Virus record (IMG/VR): IMGVR_UViG_2585427590_000001
Span: 5,971-69,970 of that record
DNA: 64,000 nucleotides
Source of the DNA: a virus
Lineage: Duplodnaviria > Caudoviricetes
Strand: one strand, 5' to 3'
Of the stretch, positions 54,082-62,668 are shown piece after piece. The notes beneath the pieces are model-generated. The model searched no databases and was not told where the DNA came from. It saw nothing but the letters and a program-made list of their open reading frames with translations. A program made the translations under genes and the position numbers. The number at the start of each line of letters is the position of its first letter. The first letter of the stretch is position 1.

Positions 54082-54455
54082 CTGAGACCGAGCTTAAGCC
54101 ATTCCTCGACGACATGATTTCAATGTCGACCGGCACTGACGGCCATACCCTCCAAATAAACTTTTGTCGTCCCGTTACGAAGGCTGACCGGCAAGCGATC
54201 GCCGACGCACACAACGCGATCGTACGCGGGCAACTCACCCCCGCGCCCCAGCAGCCAGGAGAGGAAATGAGGGCCGAGCTCGAAGGGCTTCGCATTGCTG
54301 CTGCTTCCATCAGAGAGTGGATGCCGGAAACACTTCCAGAGAATGAGCACGGACAAATCCACTTCGCGCGTGCTCTCGCGGAAAGCGCAGCGGCGGCCAT
54401 CGAGCAGCTCCTAGCCGCCACAGACAGCACTTCAGAGGGCCGCCCCAGTGCGTAA
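54078..54455 (+). CDS. Phage hypothetical protein
   Basis: GGAGG RBS, GTG at 54078. Confidence 0.6.
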   Translation: MTETELKPFLDDMISMSTGTDGHTLQINFCRPVTKADRQAIADAHNAIVRGQLTPAPQQPGEEMRAELEGLRIAAASIREWMPETLPENEHGQIHFARALAESAAAAIEQLLAATDSTSEGRPSA

Positions 54456-54717
54456 TTGGTTCCTCGACGCTCCAAACAGGATCAACGGCTACTGGATCCG
54501 CGAAAGCAACGCGATGGTGGTCTGCATCGGCGAAGACTGGTCGAAGGTTCGCTCGCCAGCTCGCGCCCGGCGCCGTAGGCTGAAACATCGGCAGAACATC
54601 AAGCCAATATACCGGCCTTCAGAGGAATTCATCGTCGATGAGCGTCTTATGGAGATCCACTGCCACCCAGTGATGGCCGCGAAGCTAATTGCGGCAGCGG
54701 TCAAGGTGCGGCCATGA
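54448..54717 (+). CDS. Phage hypothetical protein
   Basis: EDWS.VRSP.RARRR motif. Confidence 0.65.
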   Translation: MRNWFLDAPNRINGYWIRESNAMVVCIGEDWSKVRSPARARRRRLKHRQNIKPIYRPSEEFIVDERLMEIHCHPVMAAKLIAAAVKVRP

Positions 54718-55277
54718 ACATCGCAAAAAACATCATCCACTACGGCGCGATGCCCGTACCTTACGCTGCCCTTTGGTCATCCGAGCAAGGCCGGATGACG
54801 GTTGGCGTCTGCGAACACATCGGCCGGCAAGCTATCTGCGAACCGAGCAGCCGGGCCGTCGGGAAACCGATCTTTGGCAAGCCTCACATGGGGCGGCAGC
54901 GGGAAGCGATCGTGAAGGACTGGTGCGACCTTTGCGCTAGGCCTCTCAAGGGCCGAACCAAGGTTTCACTCTCTCACGCGCGGCCCGTCGTCAGCGGCGG
55001 CGGTGGAATGTGCGTGATGCAGGTCGAGCCAATGGTGCACAAGGATTGCGCTGTCGTATGCCTGGAACACTGCCCCTCGCTGAAGCGAGATATTCGAACC
55101 GGCGCGTTATTCGTTCGGCAGGTACTGAAGCATCGACACCAAATCGCCCTACTGACATCGGCAGCGGTTGAGGAGTTCACAGGCGAGCGTCGGGAGGGAA
55201 TCTCAGGTCATGCCAAGGTCGAGCTAGTTCGCTGGATTGATCGCGATCTCACGTGGCTCACCCGGGCTCAAGAGTGA
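54714..55277 (+). CDS. Cys/His-rich phage protein
   Basis: VPY.A.WS.E, P.FG.PH..RQR, CDLC, EP.VH..CA...CP.L. Confidence 0.7.
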   Translation: MNIAKNIIHYGAMPVPYAALWSSEQGRMTVGVCEHIGRQAICEPSSRAVGKPIFGKPHMGRQREAIVKDWCDLCARPLKGRTKVSLSHARPVVSGGGGMCVMQVEPMVHKDCAVVCLEHCPSLKRDIRTGALFVRQVLKHRHQIALLTSAAVEEFTGERREGISGHAKVELVRWIDRDLTWLTRAQE

Positions 55278-55474
55278 AACCCTGCCACTGGGTCAGAGAC
55301 AAGGACGTGCCAGGCGGCAGGTTTCTTGTCCCCGGCTGCTGGAGCCGCGCGCTCAACGACGACGCGGACTGCCACTGCAAAACAAGACGTAACTCTCTGA
55401 TGGATTTGTACGCAGCGGCAATGCGCCGGATAGACGACTTAGAAGAGAGATTAGAAAGACTGGAAGATCGATGA
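55274..55474 (+). CDS. Small Cys-rich phage protein
   Basis: GTGA overlap; CHW...VPGCW...CHC. Confidence 0.55.
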   Translation: MKPCHWVRDKDVPGGRFLVPGCWSRALNDDADCHCKTRRNSLMDLYAAAMRRIDDLEERLERLEDR

Positions 55475-55547
55475 CGCCAAGGCCATGGCATCCCTTGCGT
55501 ATTTCGGGATTCGCGTGTTAGTCGATATCAACTTAATGGGGTACTAA

Positions 55548-55748
55548 ATGTTTGCACACTTCACCGTCGACGATGCGGAGCGACCCGTCGCCATTCGTAT
55601 CAATCCTAACCACGTGACCTCAATTTCAGAGGTGGGGCCGAAGAAAACCAAAGTCGTTTCAGTTTGCGGAACGGAACACATTCTCACCGACCCTGTCGAT
55701 GTAGTCACCCGCCGCCTCGAAGAAGCTTACGGTCCTATTCATATCTAA
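55548..55748 (+). CDS. Small hypothetical protein (FlbD-like fold possible)
   Basis: IRINPNHVTSI.E...T.V pattern; own upstream AT-rich region. Confidence 0.55.
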   Translation: MFAHFTVDDAERPVAIRINPNHVTSISEVGPKKTKVVSVCGTEHILTDPVDVVTRRLEEAYGPIHI

Positions 55749-55786
55749 CTGCTCGCAGATCGCAGAAGCCGCGCTCAACTATTTCA

Positions 55787-55803
55787 GTTGTTTTTTAAAC
55801 AAC
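55787..55803. promoter_or_regulatory. Repressor operator upstream of alpA
   Basis: GTTG-TTTTTTAAA-CAAC, same consensus as the switch operators. Confidence 0.65.
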
Positions 55804-55926
55804 CCTCCTTGCATCCATTCGCATGCTATCGCATATTGCTGATGCGGACAGACCGACGGCGAGCACATCGCCATTCCCCAAATCAGATTGATTGCGGCCA
55901 GCTACATCGAGCGGCCGGAGGTCTAA

Positions 55927-56130
55927 ATGTCCGAGTTTTCCAAAGTCCCGGTTGATCCATATTTGACCCTGAAGGATATCAGGGCAATCACGCAGGTGAA
56001 CCCGAGCACCATCTATCGATGGATCGAGGCAGGCACCTTCCCTCGCGGCAAGCAGCTCGGCGCGAACTGCGTTCGCTGGCGTGCGTCCGACATTCAGGCA
56101 TGGCAAGAAGGCCACCAGGACGCCGCATGA
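55927..56130 (+). CDS. alpA: AlpA-family regulator / excisionase
   Basis: L.LKDI...T.V..STIYRWI..G.FP....LG...VRW....I..W; close to att. Confidence 0.88.
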   Translation: MSEFSKVPVDPYLTLKDIRAITQVNPSTIYRWIEAGTFPRGKQLGANCVRWRASDIQAWQEGHQDAA

Positions 56131-56913
56131 ATGGATCGCTTTTTTACAGGGCTGCATCAGCCCTCTGACGCTCGGTTCTTTCGACGAGCGTGCATCAGCA
56201 TTAAGAGACTGTGGGGTCGAAAGAAGCCTGTCGAATGCGAGGAGGTTCTCGTTGACAGTGGTGCCTTCACGGAGCTTCTGCTTCACGGGAAGTATCGGGC
56301 CAGCGTATCCGTCTACGCCCTTGAGCTTTATCGGCTGTACTCGACTGGCGTGGTCAAGATCGTGGCTGCTGTCGCACAGGATTACATGTGCGAGGCGTTC
56401 ATGCTTGGCAAAACCGGGCTGACTGTTTCCGATCACCAGCGGCTGACCATTGAGCGATACGACGCTCTGGTGGCTGAACTGGACAGGCTGTTCGGAGGTC
56501 GGTGTCCTTTCCCGGTTATGCCCGTGCTTCAGGGCTACGACCCGGCTGATTACGTCCAGCACCTGCGAGCTTACGGTGACCGTCTGAAGCCTGGCATGTG
56601 GGTGGGTGTCGGTAGCGTTTGCAAGCGTAACGGGACGCCGGAAAAGATAGTTGAAGTGCTGGAAGCCATCCATGCTGTACGGCCCGATCTGGAATTGCAT
56701 GGCTTCGGAGTGAAGCAGACATCCCTGCTTCATCCGGCGGTTCGTTTTCTCCTCGCGACGGCGGATAGCATGGCGTGGTCGTTTGCAGCTCGGAAGCAGG
56801 GGAGAGATGGAAACTCGTGGATCGAGGCAAAGGCGTTCTGCGACAAGATCGAGCGAACAGCCTCGGTGCGCAATCAGCCGTGGCAGATGTCACTACCGCT
56901 GTTCGCAGCATGA
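56131..56913 (+). CDS. DpdA/TGT-like (deazaguanine transglycosylase-like) protein
   Basis: VDSGAFTE, QDYMCE, PVLQG, VGVGSVCKR, LHGFGVK, ADSMAW. Confidence 0.7.
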   Translation: MDRFFTGLHQPSDARFFRRACISIKRLWGRKKPVECEEVLVDSGAFTELLLHGKYRASVSVYALELYRLYSTGVVKIVAAVAQDYMCEAFMLGKTGLTVSDHQRLTIERYDALVAELDRLFGGRCPFPVMPVLQGYDPADYVQHLRAYGDRLKPGMWVGVGSVCKRNGTPEKIVEVLEAIHAVRPDLELHGFGVKQTSLLHPAVRFLLATADSMAWSFAARKQGRDGNSWIEAKAFCDKIERTASVRNQPWQMSLPLFAA

Positions 56914-56972
56914 TTGGCGTTCTATTATCTCTGTAACTGCCCGAATCGGGAGCAAATTCCAGCAAATGAAAT

Positions 56973-56992
56973 TGCGGGCACAGATGCGGGCA
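56973..56992 (+). repeat. Integrase arm-type direct repeats
   Basis: TGCGGGCA-CAGA-TGCGGGCA, ~65 bp before the att core. Confidence 0.65.
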
Positions 56993-57057
56993 TCCATGGA
57001 CATTCGAACCGCGCTTCACCTGTAAAAACAACCGTTTAAACCTCTGAAATCGACTGA

Positions 57058-57071
57058 CACCTCTTCCGCCA
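57058..57071 (+). other. Probable att core (duplicated 3' end of a tRNA, likely tRNA-Ser)
   Basis: CACCTCTTCCGCCA; phage genes stop here. Confidence 0.7.
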
Positions 57072-57174
57072 AAATTCCCCTCCATGCCATTGATTTTGTT
57101 CCGTATTTCAAAGAACAAAAGTAGGCTTCCCCCTTTTCTCCCCACTCCATTTTGTCGATAGAATGCTCTGGCGG

Positions 57175-57217
57175 GTGCCCGCCCGCTTCATTCGCGAAGC
57201 GGGCGGGTACAGTTTTT
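57175..57217 (+). terminator. Strong hairpin / terminator
   Basis: GTGCCCGCCCGCTTC-N6-GAAGCGGGCGGGTAC followed by AGTTTTT. Confidence 0.65.
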
Positions 57218-57288
57218 CTCGTCGTTCAGGCTCCGCGCGACCGGTACGACTTCGCCAGGTCAAAGGTCAAAGGCCAGCGCGCTCTAGT

Positions 57289-57558
57289 CTAGTCGCAAAC
57301 GGTCCTATATCGCACCACGCGGTGGCCATACCTGTATCTGTAGTATTTCTGTGTCCAGCACCGTTGGCCGTAACCATATCCCGGGTCGCCATCGTCGTCA
57401 TCGTATGCGTAGCGTGGCGGGTAACGATAGTATCGTGGTGCTGGCCGATCATCGTAGTAGCGAGGTCCAGCGCCGTACTCAAAGTAGATCTGAGAGGATG
57501 CCGGCGACGCTGACAACGCAGTCGCAAACGCCAGCGCTGCGATAGCGAACTTTTTCAT
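57289..57558 (-). CDS. Exported Tyr/Arg-rich small protein
   Basis: Signal peptide; C-terminal RC...R.VC. Confidence 0.75.
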   Translation of the reverse strand: MKKFAIAALAFATALSASPASSQIYFEYGAGPRYYDDRPAPRYYRYPPRYAYDDDDGDPGYGYGQRCWTQKYYRYRYGHRVVRYRTVCD

Positions 57559-57947
57559 GTCTTATTCCCATTCCGATTTTCACACGGTCGTCTGCAAGGC
57601 TGTGTCTCAGGCCTCGAATATTGATACCATTGGCGTTGTTTCGGAACATTGGACCTAAGTCCGATCAATCAGGGACTTCGGCTCTGATGAATTCAGGACT
57701 TTGGTCCAACTGTTCAAGCCGGCCCGGCCCTGCATAACTTATGCTGTCCCAACCCCTCGGACACCGGAATGCTCCGGGCGTGCCCTCGCATGCTACACCC
57801 CTCGGAGCATTCCGGATCTGATGACGGAACAAATCGGCGGTTACGGCGTGGTTTCAGCCAGTTGGAACGAAACACAGCGAGCCGCGTTGAGCGAATACAC
57901 GGTAGGTTCTGACACACCTGCCGTTCCTTTCCACGTCACTCTTCCTC

Positions 57948-57976
57948 GCCCCGCTTGTGCCCATGCGGGGCTTTTT
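57948..57976 (+). terminator. Rho-independent terminator
   Basis: GCCCCGC-N10-GCGGGGC-TTTTT. Confidence 0.7.
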
Positions 57977-57991
57977 GTAGCAGAGCGATAA

Positions 57992-58189
57992 TCAGGCGGA
58001 ATTACTGGCGGACGGGACGCCGGAACGCTCAGCGCGACTAGCCGGCCGTTTGATCCCGAGCGGCATCAGGCAGAGACAAATCAATAACACGAATAGCCAT
58101 CCCGCGACACAAAGCATGATGCCGATTGCCGTGAACCCCACCGCTATCCGGCACCAAATTGCGGCAAAGGCCGTCGTCACCATTCTCAT
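57992..58189 (-). CDS. Small hydrophobic membrane protein
   Basis: 65 aa with a long hydrophobic stretch. Confidence 0.4.
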   Translation of the reverse strand: MRMVTTAFAAIWCRIAVGFTAIGIMLCVAGWLFVLLICLCLMPLGIKRPASRAERSGVPSASNSA

Positions 58190-58367
58190 TAAAACTCTGG
58201 CTGAGGAGGATAAGGAGCCAATGCCGGGCGACGCTATACGGTTTAGCTCGGAAACGAAAGCGCTAGCATTGCGTTGATTTTACTCATCTCCCGCTAGGCG
58301 CTGCGGAGTTTTTTTGAAAGAGAGCAGGAACAAAAGACCTTCCGAAGGTTTTCACCACCGCTTTGAG

Positions 58368-58825
58368 ATGAAACCATTGGAAGGTATTCGATGGCGGCCA
58401 GCGGCGCGCTTTACATCCTGCTCACGCCGAGCGGGTCAAAGCTCTGGCGCTTGAAATGCCGATACAATGGGTCGGAAAAGCTTCTTTCGATCGGGCCCTA
58501 CCCCGAGATTTCCTTGCTGGACGCGCGAAGCCAATGCGATTCCGCGAAAGCTCTTCTGCGTGCAGGCAAAGATCCGGGGACAGAAAAAAGCTACAAAAGC
58601 TCAGTGCGGTTCAAAATGTAGAAAATACCTTTGAGGCCGTTGGCGCACGAATGGTTCCGGTTGAACAAATCAACATGGGTCCCACGTCACGATGATGTGA
58701 TCGGCAGCCTTAAATAAAATGGTCTTCCCGCACTTAGGAGGCGTCCAAATCCGAGAAATTACGGTGCCGAGCCTTGTCGGCGTTCTGCGATTAATTGAGG
58801 CGCGGCCGGCGATAGAGATCGCGCC
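58368..58825 (+). pseudogene. Degenerate P4-type tyrosine integrase N-terminal fragment
   Basis: GALYILLTPSGSKLWRLK.RY.G.EKLLSIGPYPEISL.DAR arm domain; frameshifts and stops; later IREIT...VLR.IEAR fragment; no catalytic domain. Confidence 0.85.
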
Positions 58826-58879
58826 TCCGCGGCCCCCGTGTCGTGTGTGTTCCCAGTGAAGGAATAGTCCGTGGTCCGG

Positions 58880-59065
58880 TCAGTAACTGCATGAGCGGTC
58901 GTTACTCGGCCTGAAGCCGTCGGCACAAGCCGGGTTTACGGAGTTCCTGGGTTGGTATTGATAATCAGGCGGGTTTGGATTTCGCGGTGTCGTCGTACAC
59001 GCTGAAGTAATCGCACCCAGACAGATCAGCATTCCGGCTGCTATCATTGCCTGAAACCTGCTCAT
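58880..59065 (-). CDS. Small lipoprotein, paralog 1
   Basis: GAGGAG RBS; lipobox TSAC; C-terminal CADGFRPSNDRSCSY. Confidence 0.7.
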   Translation of the reverse strand: MSRFQAMIAAGMLICLGAITSACTTTPRNPNPPDYQYQPRNSVNPACADGFRPSNDRSCSY

Positions 59066-59335
59066 GTGGGGTCTCCTCGCCGTTGAGACTTTGCGTCCTA
59101 GACGCAAAAATGCCGCACCATCAAGCAGATGCGAGAGCTATCACGAACACTTGACCGCCCTCGCCCAACTTCGCCTAGCGTCTTATCGCGCTTCACCGAT
59201 CCGCATTCGTTCCGTCACCACCGGACAGTCACAGCCTTCGGCACTCCCGCCGCCGGCTGCAGCACGACTCGGTGGTACGGGATAAAGCCAAAAAATCAAA
59301 GCGCCGCCCTGGTGAGCATCCTTCGCAAACCTGCT

Positions 59336-60373
59336 TTACGGCCTCAGGCATTTGCAAATGACAGTCGAACCGCGCACCGAACATGACGGGTCTTTCACAG
59401 GTGTCCACTGCGATAGTTCTCCAGAGAAGGTGGATTTCACGAAGTCCCGAATTTCATCCTGAACAGGACTGACGTCGCGTGGGATGCTGAAGCAACTCCC
59501 AGTTTGACCAGATGTGAAGCCCAGGTAGTCAAACGTGGTCCAGCCTCCGGCCTTTTGAAGAAGGGTATCCCCCTTAAACCCCGGCGAATGGACGGCGGCT
59601 TCAATCTTCCTCAACCTGGCGGGATCCTCGTTGCAAAACCAATTTGGATTGTCTTCCTGCCAACTCTCCACCGTGCAATTGGCCCCAGCGTATACGCTCG
59701 TAATGGTATTTCCCCACGCATCGGCCTCATTCACATCAATTATTTTAAGAAGATACGGCCAAGTGGCCTCCAAGCCAGTATCGAAAACTCGCACCATCTT
59801 GAGCGTCCCGTTGCGAAATTCTCCCTTCAGGTCAATTCCATCGGCGGCCAACTCGTCAACGATGGAGATGAAGTCTGGGTAGGGAAGCCCGTTAACTGAA
59901 AGGAGACTTATGTTCTCTTTCACCCCACGGATATGTTCGAACTTTTTACCCCTTAGCGCCCTGATGATCCGAACCGTAGATTCAGCACCGCGTCTTTTGA
60001 TTCCTCCGACGGCGACAGCATAGGCACTCGAGTAACGACCGGCGAAATAGTCCCATCCCTGTTGGTCCGCGCCGTTCTCCATCAGCAGGTCAATCAAACG
60101 ATCATCAGCCTGCGCCAGCAGAGCTTCCTTCACAAAGCTCCGCTTGAATCGCCCATCGGCAAATCCATTTCCGTCGACATTGCCGCGACGTAAGATAGTG
60201 CGAGCGCTAAGAAAATCGTTCTCCCCTATGGCCGTTATCAAGGCGCGGCCATCATCGGTAACGGGATCTGCGATTGCAACCTTTGGCAATCCGCAATTAA
60301 GAAAGAACGGCACTAGCGTCATTGCGATGAAAAGCGGCCGCCGTCGCGTGATACGTCGAGGAGCGACAATCAT
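59336..60373 (-). CDS. Hypothetical exported protein with ankyrin-like helical repeats (start uncertain)
   Basis: ALITAI..ND...AR.IL..G.V, IDLLMENGAD, DVNEADAWGNT. Confidence 0.55.
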   Translation of the reverse strand: MIVAPRRITRRRPLFIAMTLVPFFLNCGLPKVAIADPVTDDGRALITAIGENDFLSARTILRRGNVDGNGFADGRFKRSFVKEALLAQADDRLIDLLMENGADQQGWDYFAGRYSSAYAVAVGGIKRRGAESTVRIIRALRGKKFEHIRGVKENISLLSVNGLPYPDFISIVDELAADGIDLKGEFRNGTLKMVRVFDTGLEATWPYLLKIIDVNEADAWGNTITSVYAGANCTVESWQEDNPNWFCNEDPARLRKIEAAVHSPGFKGDTLLQKAGGWTTFDYLGFTSGQTGSCFSIPRDVSPVQDEIRDFVKSTFSGELSQWTPVKDPSCSVRGSTVICKCLRP

Positions 60374-60395
60374 GTGCTTACCTTGGACCCGCCTT

Positions 60396-60749
60396 CTATG
60401 AGGCGTACTTTCCGACGCCGCCCGCTTTAGGGCGCTGCTCATCATTTCTTAAGCCCCGCCCTCTGCGGGGCTTCCTTTGCAAAGCCTCGCCATCGTCCGG
60501 CAAAACGCGCAGCCCCGCTTCGTGTGCCGCAATTACGAAAGCGGCCCGAGCCGTCGCTGCATCAGTGTAGAATTCCAGGGCCTCCAAGGAGGCCACAAGT
60601 GCACGGTGGAACGATGGGCGGCTTTTCGGCCATTTGCTGCTTAGGAGCATGGCGGCGAGATCCGCGACTGTATCAGCATGTCGATATCGGCCGTTGCCTT
60701 CAATTTCGACGTCCATCGGGTTGATAAAGACGGGGATTTCGCCATCCAT
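60396..60749 (-). CDS. DUF982 family protein
   Basis: TVADLAAMLL..KWP...ARAAFVIAAHEAGL; GGAGG RBS. Confidence 0.75.
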   Translation of the reverse strand: MDGEIPVFINPMDVEIEGNGRYRHADTVADLAAMLLSSKWPKSRPSFHRALVASLEALEFYTDAATARAAFVIAAHEAGLRVLPDDGEALQRKPRRGRGLRNDEQRPKAGGVGKYAS

Positions 60750-61145
60750 ACTTCTAACCTCCCTTGACTTTTCCAATTATGATAAATGGAAACCGATTCG
60801 CTTTCGTCCAGAGCTTTGGCGGGTTTGTTGTAGTTCGCAGCTACCAGGCTTCCGGAATCGGTAACCGTGGGGCGCATTGCTGCCGCGTCGTTGAGCTTTT
60901 CGAAGCCGGCCGCAGACCTGTGGCAAGATTTTGTCGTGGATCATTGGGCGCAGCGCCGAGGCCTGGAAATGGACCGCCTGAGTGCGAAAAGATGTGAGAA
61001 TGGGCATGTGTTTTCACCACTCCTTTCTTGATCAGACTGCTGGGTTGGCAGCGTGCTGAACGGCGAACAAAAGCCGTCACGCGACACCGTCATTGGACTC
61101 TGAGCTCAACTTGCATTATGCTTCTAGTAGAAAAACAATAAGGAC

Positions 61146-61373
61146 GTGCAAGTGAACATTGTACTATGGGATCGACCGATCCGCGCCGGCGGCAATTTGA
61201 TCTTTGGACCGCTGGCGGCAAAAGAGTTCATGATCACCAGTTGGCCAGAAGCAAAAGATCGTAACTTCGACAAGGCCGTGGCGGCGATCCTCGCTGCAAT
61301 CCGCGGCCGAGGATCGCCTGATCTCGCGCGCGAGCGCTTTGAGAAGGCGCTGCTGTCGGCAGAGCTTGTTTAG
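61146..61373 (+). CDS. DUF982 family protein
   Basis: WDRPI...GPLAAKEFM...WP...ARERFEKAL; AAGGA RBS. Confidence 0.75.
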   Translation: MQVNIVLWDRPIRAGGNLIFGPLAAKEFMITSWPEAKDRNFDKAVAAILAAIRGRGSPDLARERFEKALLSAELV

Positions 61374-61812
61374 ACCACTGATGCAGGTTAGCCGTTCAAA
61401 AATTCCTCGGGCACGATCGGGATGTTGCGCAGGTGATGGTCAAAACCGAACCCTGGTTCTCCATTCTCTTGATATGCCATTGACCCTCCTTTTCGATCGC
61501 CATTGCCACGTTGCCAACACACTACTTTCCATCTGGTAGCTCATGCACAAGGCGACTGTCCTTTGATCATTCAGCCGAGCAAACTTGGCATCCCTTCTCC
61601 GGCGCCTTAGCCTGACCAGGAACGAACTCTTTGCGAACTCGCGCAGGATCAGGCGTTGCTCGCCCCATGCCCACAGTGCAAGCGGCGCAAACCCGTCGAC
61701 GGTGGGAGATACAAAGGAAGTTCGAAAAGGATTGACGCGAGGCCAGGTCGCAGGTCTGATGCGATGCGAGTGTGGCCATAAGGGCGCGCGATTGATGTAG
61801 GAATCTGTCGCG

Positions 61813-62004
61813 ATGAGCATCGAAAACCACTCGAAGGCACCTGGCGCCAACATTCACGTAAACCACTACTGCTGTGTGGAGGGATGCGGGAAATGGGGAG
61901 GCTTCGGCCACGCCTCTTCCAAGGGCGTTGAAACGCGATGGTGGTGTGCCGAGCATTATCCGTATTGGGATGCCATCAAGAAAGCGGATGGAGGAGATCA
62001 GTGA
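61813..62004 (+). CDS. Small Cys/His-rich hypothetical protein
   Basis: HYCCVEGCGKWGGFG...WWCAEH; AGGA RBS. Confidence 0.65.
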   Translation: MSIENHSKAPGANIHVNHYCCVEGCGKWGGFGHASSKGVETRWWCAEHYPYWDAIKKADGGDQ

Positions 62005-62040
62005 TTTGCCAGTTATCTGCTTACCATGCGCTACCGCCCG

Positions 62041-62223
62041 TCAGTAACTGCACGAGCGGCCGTCGCTGGGCCTGAAGCCATCCGCGCAGGCTCGATTCAT
62101 TGAATCTCCAGGCTGATAGCCTGATGCGGAGCCCATCGAATTCGGGGGAGTCGCGCATGCCGATGAGAGCGCCGAAAGACTAATCATCGCTCCGGCTGCT
62201 ACTAAAGCACGAAATCTGCTCAT
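62041..62223 (-). CDS. Small lipoprotein, paralog 2
   Basis: GAGGAG RBS; lipobox SSAC; C-terminal CADGFRPSDGRSCSY. Confidence 0.7.
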   Translation of the reverse strand: MSRFRALVAAGAMISLSALSSACATPPNSMGSASGYQPGDSMNRACADGFRPSDGRSCSY

Positions 62224-62668
62224 CTTTGCTTCTCCTCGCCCGGGGCGGTTTACGCTGCAGGCAGCAATGTATCGCGCCATCAGATAGATGCGAGGGGCAT
62301 TACGCAGGGAAGTGGAAATAAATGACCGCCGACAAACGCTCAGCAGATCTATGCGCTGCAAGTGCGGGCACAGGGAGCCAACTGATGATGAGGAACCTGT
62401 CGCAATGAGCGTTCTCTCGTGGTGGACTGTCGTAGCCATATCGCGACGTTCTTTCCTCAAAAGTCGAGAGCGGTGCAGAAGCCGAGAGTTTGTTGAGCCC
62501 TCGTGCCAAGTCGTTCCCCACTTTGGGAGTTCATTGCAGGCGCAATTATAGCGAATCCGCACGGATTATTGAGATAAAATTACTATTATTTTCAATATGA
62601 TATCGGAAATTCGCGGACGCGGCGTACAGCACAATTCGTCCGACATCTCTTCCGCCATCTATCGCGGT

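Larger units (their letters stand above)
1..57071. mobile_element. Integrated temperate prophage (podovirus-like, Bcep22/F116-type gene content); left part lies outside the window
   Basis: Terminase, P22-like portal, scaffold, tail and ejection genes, DarB-like giant, cro/cI switch, AlpA, and a tRNA-3'-end att with arm repeats at 56973-57071. Confidence 0.93.

Noticed and set aside
55795-56733. 312-aa - strand ORF
   Set aside because: Antisense to alpA and the dpdA-like gene
61540-62420. MRCxCGH-containing ORF fragments at 61585-61800 and 62288-62551
   Set aside because: Possible remnants of Zn-ribbon genes, but starts and boundaries cannot be supported
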